Positions 1 through 11,641 of a DNA stretch of 64,000 bases are shown piece by piece. Position 1 is the stretch's first letter; each line of letters starts with the position of its first letter. The translations under genes were made by a program, and so were the position numbers. Location: contig NC_042997.1 of NCBI RefSeq assembly GCF_006345805.1, forward strand, positions 25,730,001 through 25,794,000, in the 5' to 3' direction. The DNA is from Octopus sinensis (taxonomy: Eukaryota). The notes beneath the pieces were generated by a model that saw nothing but the letters and a program-made list of their open reading frames with translations, had not been told where the DNA came from and did not search any database.

Positions 1-97
1 ACCGTTTAGTTAGTACTCACCCCATTGCCGGACGATAGCAAAGCACCCAACGTTAAACCACACAGTCTTCACTGTAAACGACTCCAACAAACCTTCT

Positions 98-233
98 CAT
101 TCTTTGCTGCTCTAGGCACAATGCCCGAAATTTTGGGGAGGAGGCCAGTCGATTTGATCGACCTCAGTACGCATCTGGTACTTAATTTATCGACAGCCGA
201 AAGGATGAAAGTCAAAGTCGATCTCGGCGGAAT
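98..233 (-). mobile_element. SINE family A, 3' part (5'-truncated)
   Basis: Reverse complement matches the core and terminal tail of the plus-strand family A array at 511-1133 (gtcgactttgcctttcatcctttcggggtcgat...cgactggcc...tttcgggcattgtgcctagag). Confidence 0.8.
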
Positions 234-510
234 GTGTGACTGAAACAAGTAAAAAGAACCCTACTTTGTCATCATAGCTAATTATGAAAGGAGCATTACT
301 TAAGTAGAATTCATCATGTATTGGAAACATGAAGATGGCAATGCAGACTATGAACAGTTTCCTTGACTTTCGGATGCTTTTTATTTATATGCTTTTAGTT
401 AATACTTAAAGGAACTGGGACTCGTTTCAACAGAAAACAAATTTGCTGACGAAACACGGGAAGAATATTCGATTTCTTCCAAGTTTAGATCAGTATCAGC
501 GACGCCCAAA

Positions 511-1133
511 GGTCGCGAGCTGGAAGATACATTAGCACGCTGGGCGAAATGCTTAGCGGTATTTCGTCTGTCGTTACGTTCTGAGTTCAAATTCCGCCGA
601 GGTAGACTTTGCCTTTCATCCATTCGGGGTCCATAAATTAAGTACCAGTTACGCACTGGGGTCGATATAATCGACTTAATCCGTTTGTCTGCCCTTGTTT
701 GTCCACTCTGTATTTAGCCCCTTGTGGTTAGTAATGAAATAGGTATTTCGTCTGCCGTTACGATCTGAGTTCAAATTCTGCCGATGTCGACTTTGCCTTT
801 CATCCTTTCGGGGTCGATAAATTAAGTACCAGTTACGCTCTGGGGTCGTTGTAATCGACTTAATCTCTTTGTCTGTCCTTTATTGTCCCCTCTATGTTTA
901 GCCCATTGTGAGCAATAAAAAATAAGATATAAGAAACTTTAGCAAGCTGGGAGAAATGCGTCTTGGTATTTCGTCTGTCTTTTCGTTCTGAGTTCATATA
1001 CAGTCGAGGTCGACTTTGTCTTTCATCCTTTCGAGGTCTATAAATAACATATCAATTGTGTACAGGCGTCGATCTAATCGACTGGCCCCCTCTCCAAAAA
1101 TTTCGGGCATTGTGCCTAGAGTAGATAAGAGTA
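511..1133 (+). mobile_element. tRNA-derived SINE family A, trimeric copy
   Basis: Pol III A-box-like head (gcgagctgg..) and B-box (gagttcaaattcc), three tandem core units, terminal tail. Flanked by agtatcagcgacgccc (492-507) and agtatctgcgacgccc (1130-1145), 15/16 identical. Confidence 0.88.
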
Positions 1134-1306
1134 TCTGCGACGCCCGCATGGCATTTGGGTGCGACATAGATTTTTTCACACATCACACCTCCTTGGGAAA
1201 ATTTCCAAACGCCCAGCATCTTCATTAATGCGAACTTACATACAGACATACTATGTACGTGCGTACACAGATACATAGATATGTGCATATATGTATGTAC
1301 TTATGT

Positions 1307-1346
<40 letters not shown>

Positions 1347-1441
1347 CGGGAAGCTTTATGAAAATAAACAAAAGACGAAGGCAGGTGGAAAACAAACGAA
1401 CAATTGTATAGTATGGGCGCTCAGGAAATAAATAAAACAAG

Positions 1442-1479
1442 TCTTTAACGTTTCGAGCCTACGCTCTTCAACAGAAAGA
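1442..1479 (-). ncRNA. Minimal type-I hammerhead ribozyme motif (variant core) in PLE terminal repeat, family alpha
   Basis: Minus strand UCUUU-CUGUUGA-A-GAGC(GUAG)GCUC-GAAA-C-GUU-AAAGA: stem I UCUUU/AAAGA, stem II GAGC/GCUC, palindromic stem III AACGUU. Confidence 0.7.
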
Positions 1480-2323
1480 ACACAGAGAGAGAAAAACACA
1501 GAAAGAAGGAGAGAAAAAAAATGCGTGCAGTAGCTAACGAATCAACATGGCGATCTGATTTCGGCCAGAGGTCAAAGATCAAACATGAGACGCGAGAGCG
1601 AAATAAGGGGAGATAATAGGGTTGATAAAAGGGTTGAGGGACCAGCTAAAAGTGTGTGGGAGGGGTCTGGATGTGTGTATGTATAGGGTTGGTGTATGTA
1701 TTAGTATGTATAAGGGTGTGTGTGTGTGTGTGTGTGTATGAGAGAGTATTAGTGCGTAAGATTGGTCTGGACGTGCGTATGTATGGGGTTGGTGTATGTA
1801 TTAGTATGTATTAGTATGTATTAGTACGTATTGGTATGTATAGGTGTGTGTGTGTGTGTGAGAGAGTATAAGTGCGTATGCGGGGTCAGGACGTGTGTAT
1901 GTATAGGGTTGGTGTAAGTATTAGTATGTACTAGTATGTATTAGTACGTATTAGTATGTATTAGTTGGTGTGTGTATTAGTATGGCACATCATATGTGAT
2001 GTGATGTGTAAAGTCATGTGGTGTAGTGAGGAGAAGAGGGGGAAGGGGGAGAAGAGGGGGGAGAGAAGGAGGGGAAGAAGAGGGGGAGGAGAAGGGGGAG
2101 AGGAGACGATGGGGGAGAAGGAAGGTGAGGAGGGGGGATGAAGGAGGAAAGAGGGAGAGGGGGAGAGAGAGAAGGGGAGAGAGGGAGTGAGGGAGCAGAG
2201 GGAAGGGGAAAGAAGGGGGGAGGGAGAAGAGGAAGAAGGGAAGGGGAGTAGGGGTGAAAGGATGAAGGACTGAAGAAGTAGGGGTCGGGGGGGAGAAAGG
2301 ATAGGTGAGGAGGGGGAGAGGGG

Positions 2324-5250
2324 TTAGATGACGAGGGGGGGAGAGTTGAGACCAAATGGCGTATAAGAGCGAAGAGAGAAGATTAATTCCTGTTCACGGC
2401 GCGCAAACGGGAATCCGGATGGCCTCTGTGTAAGGACAAACCGAACACAGATAGGTGTTGGAGGAGTGACCGGTGGAGCGGAAATGGCGTGAGACCGGTG
2501 TGTCGTTCGCAAGGTGGATGTCACGAAGGTGTTCCGCGAACCGGTCAGCCAAGCGGCGTCCCGTTTGTCCGATGTACAAGGAATTGCAGAGAGAGCAAGA
2601 GATGCAATAGATAATATTGCTGGAGGTGCAGGTGAAGGAGTGGATGATGGGATAGGGTCGATGGTGGGTGCTAGTGAGGCGGGTGGTGTTGGAGAGGTAA
2701 GGCAAGTGCGGCAACGTGGGCGGGAGCAGGGGAACGAGCCGGGTTGGGAGGTAGGGTCAGGGAGGAGCTATGGACCAAAAGGTCTCGAAGGTTGTGGGCT
2801 CGTTTTAAAGAGGGGAGGGGTCGGTTAGGGAAGAGGTGTGAAGTGGACGGGTCGGACTGGAGATGACGGAAAGCTCGAAGAATGGTGCGTTGGAGACGTA
2901 GGGTCGTGGGGTGGTAAGTGAGGGGAAAAGGGAGGCGGGAGACTACAGGGCGGGTTCGGGGAGAGAGAGCAGATACACGGTCCACGGACCGTGCTCTGGC
3001 AAGGGCGGTGTGGATAGTGGTGAGGGGGTATCCACGTAGGGTGAAGTGGTGAGCCATACGTTGAGACTGAGTCTCAAAGTCATGGTCGTCACTACAGACC
3101 TACGTAGACGGAGGAATTGGGAATAGGGGATGGAAAGCTTGGTGTGTTCTGGGTGGGAGGAAGAGAAGTTGAGGTATGAGTGGAGTCTGTGTGTTTGTAG
3201 TGAATGGAGGTGGTAAGAGTGGAGTGAAGAATGCTAACCGAAATGTCGAGGAAGGAGACAGAGGTGTTGGAGATAGTGGAAGTGAAGTGGAGGGCTGGAT
3301 GGAAGATTGGACGAAAGAGAGGAAGGAATCTAGATGTTCGCGGAGAGTGAGGTGACACCGATAATGTCGTCAATATAACGACCATATAGTTCAGGAGTGG
3401 GACCAGTGAAATTAGAGAATATTTGGGCCTCAACATAGCCAACGAACAGGTTCGCATAGTGGGGCCCATTCGCGTTCCCATGGCCACTCCCGAGACCTGA
3501 TGGTAGAACTCGCCCGCGAACGAGAAGCAGTTCAGAGTAAGGACAAGTTCGGCCAGACGAATGAGTGTGGAGGGTGTCAGGTACAGGGTTAGAGCGGAGG
3601 TCAAGAAGTGTCGAAGGGCCTGCAGTCCTTCGTGGTGAGGGATAACAGTATAGAGGCTTTGGATGTCCATAGTAAAAAGGTTTTGGAGGAGCCGGGAGGA
3701 AAGGAGAAAGAGTTGAAAAGCCGGAGAGCATGGTTGGTATCGTGTATGTGGGAGGGAAGAGATGCCACTAGGGGGGCAAGGACACGGTCGAGGTATTTAG
3801 CGATGAGCTCCGTGGGGCAGTTACAGGCAGAGACGATGGGGCGGCCAGGGTTGTTGGGTTTGTGGATTTTGGGAGGAAGTAAATGGTGGGGGTACGTGGG
3901 GTCCGCACAATTAGGTTGGATGCGGTGGCGGGGGAGACGGGAGGACGAGATGAGGTCTTGGACAGTAGAGGATACCGTCTGTTGGTAGCTACGTGTGGGG
4001 TTAGAGGGCAGAGGGGAATAGAAGAGGTGTCATTGAGTTGGCGGAAAGCCTCGGCCCTATAGAGGTCCGCGCGCCACACACCACTACAGCTCCACCCTTG
4101 TCAGCCCCGTTTGATGATAATGTCAGCGCGCGCCGTTGGAGGAACGAAGAGCCAAGAGCTCAGCCGGGGAGATGTTAAGGCGGCGTTGGCGCCTGGAGAA
4201 GTTGAACCGCTCCATGCACGCTGACAAGCGCCCGCGAAAAGATCCACTGCTAGGATCTGGCCAGGGGCAGGCGTCCACGGGGATGGTCGGCGGCGGCCCA
4301 GGCCAGTGAAGCAGTCGTCCTCTTCGTGGGGGTGTGGGTGGCGAGTCGTGGTAATGCGCACCCAACCGGACACGGCGCCAAAGCTGTGGACATCAACTCG
4401 CGCGTCTGGAATTCCTTACAGGATGGAGTGAGGGAATGAAACGCAGACCCCTACCAAGGACGGAGCGTTCAGAGCCGCAGAGAGGGGAAGATCGGGGGGA
4501 ATGGTAACAACAGACGGAAGTGGAGAAGGGGTGGGTGGAATAGAAGTAGGGGGTGGTAGGTCTCGTGGAGGTCTGAGGGGGAGGGATTGGGAGTGGGGTG
4601 GGGTGTTTGGGCGGGGCAGTAGGGTTAGGTGTAGGTGGATGGACCCTAACGGGAGGGGAGAAGGGGTTATAGGGAGGGGCAGTGGGGTTAGGTGTGGGTG
4701 GATGGAGCCTATCGAGGGGAGAAGGGTGGTGGAGGAGTTGGGGTAGTGGCGTCGGGTAGGGTGGAATGGAAGAGTGATTGGAGTTTACGAAGTTTGGTAT
4801 CAGAAAGAAATTGATGGAAGAGTTGATTCAAATGGATAATGAAGCGTAGCGTGTTTGGAGCATAGAGAGGCGGCAGAGAGGAGAAGAAGGTGGAGAAAGC
4901 AGGAGGAAGAAGGCGTTTGATGGCATGTAGTTTGGAGAGATTGGAGCGAATGGTGGCCCGCTCAATCGGTAAGAGATGTGTGCGGGTATGGGTAAGATGG
5001 AAGATCCGAGTGGAGAGCAGGGTGGAAGTGGAGGCGGAAACCTTTAGGGATGAGTCGGTGATGTAGGCAGCGGCTTAGGAAAGAGACATGGCTAGAGAAG
5101 CGAGTTTTTTTAAAAAAAGTAGAGAGAGATTAACGGACGGCTGAAGGCAATATACAGGAAGCGAACGTAGATGATCCTTCAAACGGTGATGGAGGGTGAG
5201 GAGGTAGGACCTAGGATCCGGCATGATGGGATAACGGAAAAAAAACGTTC
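2324..5250 (-). pseudogene. PLE polyprotein (N-terminal domain, reverse transcriptase, GIY-YIG endonuclease), multiply frameshifted
   Basis: ORF-track pieces 3768-4079, 3330-3731, 3092-3670, 2671-3057, 2394-2714 and 2324-2524 give consecutive RT, thumb and GIY-YIG motifs in shifting frames. The 5' limit is approximate. Confidence 0.85.
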
Positions 5251-5809
5251 GAAAGAAACAACAAAAAAACAAAAACAAAATTATCGTATGAAAAAAATAG
5301 AAAAAAAGGATAGCGAAAAAAGGGGAAAAAACAAACGTTCAAAAAAACAAAAAAAAAAAAATAATAATCGTATGAAAAAACTAGATAAGTAAGCGATAGG
5401 GGCAGAAAAGACGGGGCAAACGGAAAGGGAAGAAAGAAGGGAAGCAGAGAGAGGGGGAGGCAAAAAAAGGGGGGGGTGCAGGCAGAGGAAACGGAGTATG
5501 GACATCCAGAGAGGGAAGAAAGACGGAAAGGAGAACAAAATTCAGGAAATGTGGGAAGCATGAAATGAATGTAAAAAAAGTGGTAATATAAGAGAAAATA
5601 AAAATACAACAAACGGGACAGTTTATGCGAACAAGTTCAAGGTTGAAAGTTCAAGGTGAGAAATGTGTAGACGTCGTGGTATATTTTTTAAGGATTTCAC
5701 ATCAATGCAAAGTCACTTTGATCCGCGAAAGAGAGGTGCAGCCAATGGTAAGTATCCAAGAGGTAAAGAAAATCCAAGATAGAGGTAAGTGTTGATAGTG
5801 GTATTGGTA

Positions 5810-6093
5810 TATATAATAAAATATTAGGGAATAAATCCAAACTTACAGGGAAAAGTCAGATTTAGGATTGAATCTAATTTCATAGTAAAATATTATATTA
5901 TATTAAATTAGAGATAAAACCACTATTAGGCAAATCAAACAATGAAAAACTTAAGCCATTATCTTTTGTTAACCTTTAATACTTTTGATATATATTTAAA
6001 ATAATATAAATTAATTATTTTATGTATGGCTTAAGTTTTCATCGTTTGATTTGCCTAATAGTGGTTTTATCTCCAATTTAATATATAATATAA
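5810..6093 (-). mobile_element. PLE-type terminal repeat family beta with inverted duplication
   Basis: 5810-5960 is similar to 10075-10215. Arms ~5891-5959 and ~6026-6093 are inverted copies around a ~66-nt spacer. Both ends run into (TA)n. Confidence 0.65.
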
Positions 6094-6094
6094 T

Positions 6095-6168
6095 ATATAT
6101 ATATATATATATATATCTATATATATATATATATACATATATATATGTACATATGTATATATATACAT

Positions 6169-6200
<32 letters not shown>
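6095..6200. repeat. (TA)n/(CA)n microsatellite
   Basis: Direct inspection. Confidence 0.95.
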
Positions 6201-6299
6201 TGTTTTCAACTACAGGCTATGATCATGCTGAAGCACCGCCTTTTGCTGTAATTGGGTCTATTTTCGCTACTATTTTTGGTGTAAAAGCAAATTAAACGA

Positions 6300-6600
6300 A
6301 GCTACTCTCTTTTGTGTCAACCTACCGTGATGTGGATACATCTGCGATTTCAGATAGAAATTTGTCCAGGTGCTTATGAACGTTTCCATATCTACAACTT
6401 GCTGATCTGATCTCTTAGGTTCTTAAACAGTTAAACAGTTGTGGTTCTCGAAACCCGAGCAGTTGTAATACTGGATCCTTAGCTGAGGTGAAGAAGATGG
6501 TACCTTTGGTAGTATGCAGTAACGTCCAGTTCGGTGGTTGGTACAATTTTTAACTCTAAAGTTGTGATTTAGACGTTCCAGGATCTTCCATAGGTATTTC
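6300..6600 (-). mobile_element. Highly decayed R4/Dong-like LINE fragment (restriction-like endonuclease end)
   Basis: Minus-strand translation LWKILERLNHNFRVKIVP resembles the W...KIVPIIIGALG C-terminal region of R4-clade elements. The similarity is weak. Confidence 0.3.
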
Positions 6601-6635
6601 ACTACATACCTTTCTTGCCTTCTCTACCAGTAGCT

Positions 6636-6690
<55 letters not shown>

Positions 6691-7967
6691 ATAATATTAT
6701 ATATTTCCTACTGTTATACATACATACATACATACATAACTATAATATGTGTATGCGTTTGTTTGCGTACGTATGTATGTGTGTATGTATGTATATACGT
6801 ATGTAAGGTGGATGTCACGTTTCAGTTTTCGTGAAATTAATTACAAATTACTGGAATCGATAGAATGATCTGATATCTTTATCTCTTAAAACGTGTACCA
6901 TCGTACCCAATATTCTGTGATGAAATAAAGACAAACATTTAAGATAATGACAATAAAAACCAAGAAGATTATCTGTATTGTGCTACATTCAAAATATGCG
7001 AATTATAAGAGACAAGTTTCATTCTGTTTCGACTATTCAAAATCAAAAATAACCACGAAACTGTTGAAAGTGCTAAATAAGATAATTAGAAAATTATTTA
7101 TCATTCTTTTGGGAGCGAGCTAGCAAGGGAGAAAACTTCGATGGTGCTTTAGTTTCTTACAAGTAATCAGCGGAAATATAATCTTCGCTATTACTTGTTG
7201 GTTATGCAGTAACAAGCTTTCTAAAAAAAAAAAAGTATTCGTAAATAACTTTGAGTGGCGCCAGAGAATGAGATCAATTCATAATTTAATTATAAAATAT
7301 ACAACTGTTACATATTAGGTTTTCTAAGCATCATAAATTACAGATGCGAAGTAATTTCAACTTCACAGAGAAATGTGATCACAGTGAGGTCATTTAAAAT
7401 ATTGGTTTTCTTTTTAGTGAATAAATGCATCAATAAATTTGATTTGTCATCGTATCAACTGGTTATTTAGATACAGTTTAATGAAGGTTTCAAAGTGATA
7501 TGGATACACTAGTCAAGCAGAAAACAAGCGCCGCTGAAAGTAAGTTTATAAATGAAAATATATATGACACCACTTTACAAAACCACATGCCTGAAAAAAC
7601 TGCAAAATATTTGAAACAATAATTTTGCAAACAGTTTAGTTATATTTAAGTATACAAATGCCATATCATATGCCGCGAAATAAATATGTACTTTTTTCGT
7701 TTTAAATCCCCATGTATGAAAAATATAACAGGTGAAAGTCATATATGAAGGGAGACACATAAGCTTTAGAAATAAGATCATACGAAATGCTACGTAATAC
7801 TAAATTCGAGGACAGGTACGATTCGACACATATTAGTAAATGTAATAATATCGGATTGTATCGTCATCGAAAATGTAAAATGTCAAGATGAACCCATGAG
7901 ATACTTGAACTCAGAACATCAATAGATGTTAGAAGATACCGAGATATTTCATCCTTCACTATACATA

Positions 7968-8345
7968 TTCTTTTCTGCTCTAGGAACGAGGCACGGCGTT
8001 TTGGGGAGGGGGCCAGTCGATAAGATCCAACACAGTACGAAACTGTTACATTATTCATCGACCTCGAAAGGATGAAAGGCAAAGTCGGCCTTCGCGGAAT
8101 TTGAACGCAAAAGGTAAAGATAGACGAAATACCTACAAGGGGCTAAACACAGAGGGGACAAACAAGGACAGACAAATGGATTAAGTCGATTATATCGACC
8201 CCAGTGCGTAACTGGTACTTAATTTATCGACCCCGAAATGATGAAAGGCAAAGTCGACCTCGGCGGAATTTGAACTCAGAACGTAACGGTAGACGAAAAA
8301 CCGCTAAGCATTTCGCCCGGCGTGCTAACGTTTCTGCCAGCTCGT
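7968..8345 (-). mobile_element. SINE family A, dimeric copy
   Basis: Reverse complement of the family A head, two core units and terminal tail. Confidence 0.85.
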
Positions 8346-8648
8346 TGACTTCCGTCGCTATACATATTACCTGATCGGATTGTAATATTAATAGTTTTCT
8401 ATTTGTCAAATCAAAATACTTGCTAGTTAATAGTTTGGTCTAGCCTGCTGAGAATGAGTAAAGAAAATCCGAAAAGATTTCTACTACGGCAGACATAATA
8501 CAGCTAAAGTTTTCAGTCAAATTCGTCTGCGATAAACTAGAGTCTTTTCCAGGACGCATAGGTAATTCTCATGAGCATAATATTGTCTAAGTCAGAAGAT
8601 CCACAGGATTGAGTTCTGCGAAAAAATGTGTATTTATTTTATGTATCT

Positions 8649-9030
8649 GGATGGAAGCACTCCGTCGGTTACGACGATAAGGGTTCCGGTTGATCCGATC
8701 AACGGAACAGCCTGCTCGTGAAATTTACGTGTAAGTGACTGAGCACTCCACAGACACGTGTACCCTTAAGGTAGTTCTCGGGGATATTCAGCGTGACACA
8801 GAGAGTGACAAGGCCGGCCCTTTGAAATACAGGTACAACAGAAACAGGAAGTAAGAGTGAGAGAAAGTTGTGGTGAAAGAGTACAGCAGGGATCACCACC
8901 ATCTGCCGGAGCCTCGTGGAGCTTTAGGTGTTTTCGCTCAATAAACACTCACAACACCCGGTCTGGGAATCGAAACCGCGGTCCTACGACCGCGAGTCTG
9001 CTGCCCTAACCACGGGGCCGTTGCGCCTCC
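8649..9030 (-). mobile_element. tRNA-derived SINE family B, full length with 11-bp TSD
   Basis: tRNA-like head ggaggcgcaacggccccgtggttagggcagcagactcgcggtc...gtttcgattccc. Perfect flanking repeat tttatgtatct at 8638-8648 and 9031-9041. Confidence 0.9.
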
Positions 9031-9954
9031 TTTATGTATCTACTACCCTCGTAAACGTAGTAACAATTGAAACCATTGAATACAAATACTATTTGGAAAA
9101 AATTTTATAATCTATAGTTGCTAAGAGAAAGCATTGGAAGATGGAGAAAGAAAGAAAAAGAAAGGGGGAGGGCAAATATCAGAAATAAAGAGGACAATAT
9201 TGTTTATTAATAAGGATTTAGGACAACCTAGATATACTATTTCTATTCATTCAGCACAGCCTTGTTGTTATTGATATTGTCCATGCTGATGCTTCATAGC
9301 CCGTTCTTAGTCCTGATGGAGAAGATCCACGAATTCGAAGTTGTTCATAGCTAATCAGTCAATTTGTGATTAAGCTAAAAAGCTTATAAGAGAGTAGCGG
9401 AATAACAAACTGAACTACACCGGCAGACGGGTTGAAATCAACTGTTCAGCAACGCAAGCATTGCAGCATAGTGGCCGGCAAATTCTTGGATTTGGTAAAT
9501 TATCCAGTTACGATTGTCGTATAAGTTGCACCTTTATATTTTACACAGGATTAATTGTCTTGCTTACTTTACACACATTCTTGTTATGAACAAAACATCC
9601 CAACACCACTTTCCTTTCTTCCCTTGGAACAGCTGTCTTCTATATAAACATATTACAATATAACAAACGATAATTTGAAATTTTTTCTTCCACGGTTTCA
9701 CCATTGTCAAACAAATCATATTGATGGATAAGGTATTGATGTAATGGGACAAATACTTATAGTGGGGAGTAAAATTTGCTATGTATATGAAACTGACAGA
9801 GATCAAATTTAAGCTCATGGGCCTAATTCGACAAGATTTAAGTTGCATTGTATAGGCGAAGTTTCTGGCTCCCTTTCTAAGAGGTAAAAAAACCTGACAC
9901 ATGTCTTCCTTTTCCATACTCCTCTCCCTCTCTCTTTCTCTCACTGTATATTTT

Positions 9955-9982
9955 ATACATACACACACACACACACACGCAA

Positions 9983-10023
<41 letters not shown>

Positions 10024-10050
10024 AACACACACACAAACACACACACACAT
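9955..10050. repeat. (CA)n microsatellite
   Basis: Direct inspection. Confidence 0.95.
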
Positions 10051-10069
10051 ATATAATATATTATATATA

Positions 10070-10330
10070 TAAATAATAAATATTAGGGAATAAATCCAAA
10101 TTTACAGGGAAAAATCAGATTTAGGATTAAATCCAATTTTATAGTAAAATATTATAAAATATTATTAGAGACAAAACCACTATTTTGCAAAACAAACAAG
10201 GAAGACTTAATCAATACATAAATTTTAATAAATAGTCAAAAAAAACCGCCACTACAATCGTTTCTTGTCTTGATCGACAATCTTCAGGTGGACTTCCATC
10301 TAAAAAATCAATATTTTAAAATATAAAAAT
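10070..10330 (-). mobile_element. PLE-type terminal repeat family beta, with hammerhead
   Basis: Similar to 5810-5960, extends further and contains a hammerhead fold at 10249-10291. Its 3' end (minus sense) abuts a TA-rich tract. Confidence 0.65.
10249..10291 (-). ncRNA. Minimal type-I hammerhead ribozyme motif, canonical core
   Basis: Minus strand CCAC-CUGAAGA-UUGUC(GAUCAA)GACAA-GAAA-C(GAUU)G-UA-GUGG: full CUGANGA/GAAA core, GUA cleavage triplet, 4-bp stem I, 5-bp stem II. Confidence 0.8.
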
Positions 10331-10371
10331 AATAATTTTAAAATAATTAAGTATGAATGAAAAAATATAAG

Positions 10372-10475
10372 TATATAATCCATATATAACCTATATATAA
10401 TCCATATATACCTATATATAATCCATATATAACCTATATATAATCCATATATAACCTATATATAATCCATATATA
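10372..10475. repeat. 22-bp AT-rich minisatellite (~4.7 copies of tatataatccatatataaccta)
   Basis: Direct inspection of tandem units. Confidence 0.85.
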
Positions 10476-10736
10476 ATCAATATATAAACAATATATAAAC
10501 TAAAAAAACCTATCAACAATTAAATATAAAATATAAAATATAAAATATAAAATAAAAATATAAAATATAAAATATAAAACAAAACAAAAAAAATAATAAT
10601 AATATAATAATAAACTATATATACACCCATACACCTATACCTAATTATATATAACATATCTAACTACATACACTGTACACATTTACACATATATGCCTCT
10701 CTGTATGTGTGAATTTGTGTGTGGTAGATATATATT

Positions 10737-10772
<36 letters not shown>

Positions 10773-10859
10773 GTTCAAATTTAGAGAAAAGCAACAGACG
10801 AAGGCAGGTGTATGAATAACAAGCATGGGTATTAGATTGACGCTCTGGTAAATGAAGAG

Positions 10860-10897
10860 TCTTTTACGTTTCGAGCCTACGCTTTTCAACAGAAAGA
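10860..10897 (-). ncRNA. Hammerhead motif, family alpha (stem II closing pair broken)
   Basis: UCUUU-CUGUUGA-A-AAGC(GUAG)GCUC-GAAA-C-GUA-AAAGA. Confidence 0.55.
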
Positions 10898-11044
10898 AAT
10901 AAGAGAAAATAAACAGAGAGAGAATGAAAACACGCTGGTAGATTTCAGCGGTCCAGCATGGCGTATGATTGGAAAAAAGTTTGAAGGAAATTAAGATAAT
11001 AATGATAAAAATAATAATAACAAGAGAAGAAGAACAACACAACA

Positions 11045-11086
11045 AAAACAATAATAATAATAATAATAATCATAATAATAATAATG

Positions 11087-11129
<43 letters not shown>

Positions 11130-11167
11130 TAATAATAATAATAATGATAATGATATATAATAATATG

Positions 11168-11207
<40 letters not shown>

Positions 11208-11222
11208 TAAGATCATTAATAA

Positions 11223-11255
<33 letters not shown>

Positions 11256-11330
11256 CATAATAATAATAATAATAATAATATATAATAATAATAATAATCA
11301 TAATAATAATAATAATAATAATGATAATAA

Positions 11331-11393
<63 letters not shown>

Positions 11394-11536
11394 TAATAAT
11401 AATATAATAAATTAATATAATAATAATAATAATGATAATATGATATAATAATAATAATAATAATAATAATTAATAATAATAATAATAAGATAATAAAATA
11501 ATAATAATAATAATATATAATAATAATATAATAATA

Positions 11537-11580
<44 letters not shown>

Positions 11581-11588
11581 TAATAATC

Positions 11589-11641
<53 letters not shown>

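Larger units (their letters stand above)
1346..5807 (-). mobile_element. Penelope-like retroelement (PLE), near full length, decayed
   Basis: Minus-strand ORF fragments carry PLE RT motifs (MDIQSLYTVIP, GVAMGTRMGP, YANLF, RYIDD) followed by a GIY-YIG endonuclease (SSNIIYCISC..C..LYIGQTGRRLADRFAEH; REQELIFSL..P.GLN). A hammerhead-bearing 3' terminal repeat ends in (TA)n at 1311-1345. Confidence 0.9.

Noticed and set aside
511-1133. Regularly spaced repeated gtcga..tcgac motifs resembling a CRISPR or other array
   Set aside because: The 'spacers' are homologous to each other (tandem SINE units), the context is eukaryotic, and no cas genes are present.
5745-5792. Two GGTAAGT splice-donor motifs near the PLE 5' end
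   Set aside because: They are antisense to the element's ORF and no acceptor or exon could be paired with them, so a retained PLE intron is not supported.
8699-8948. Recurrent near-identical small ORFs (MVVIPAVLFHHN..., MFIERKHLKLHEA...) also at 15179 and 42670-42922
   Set aside because: They recur because they lie within SINE family B copies; they are not a gene family.
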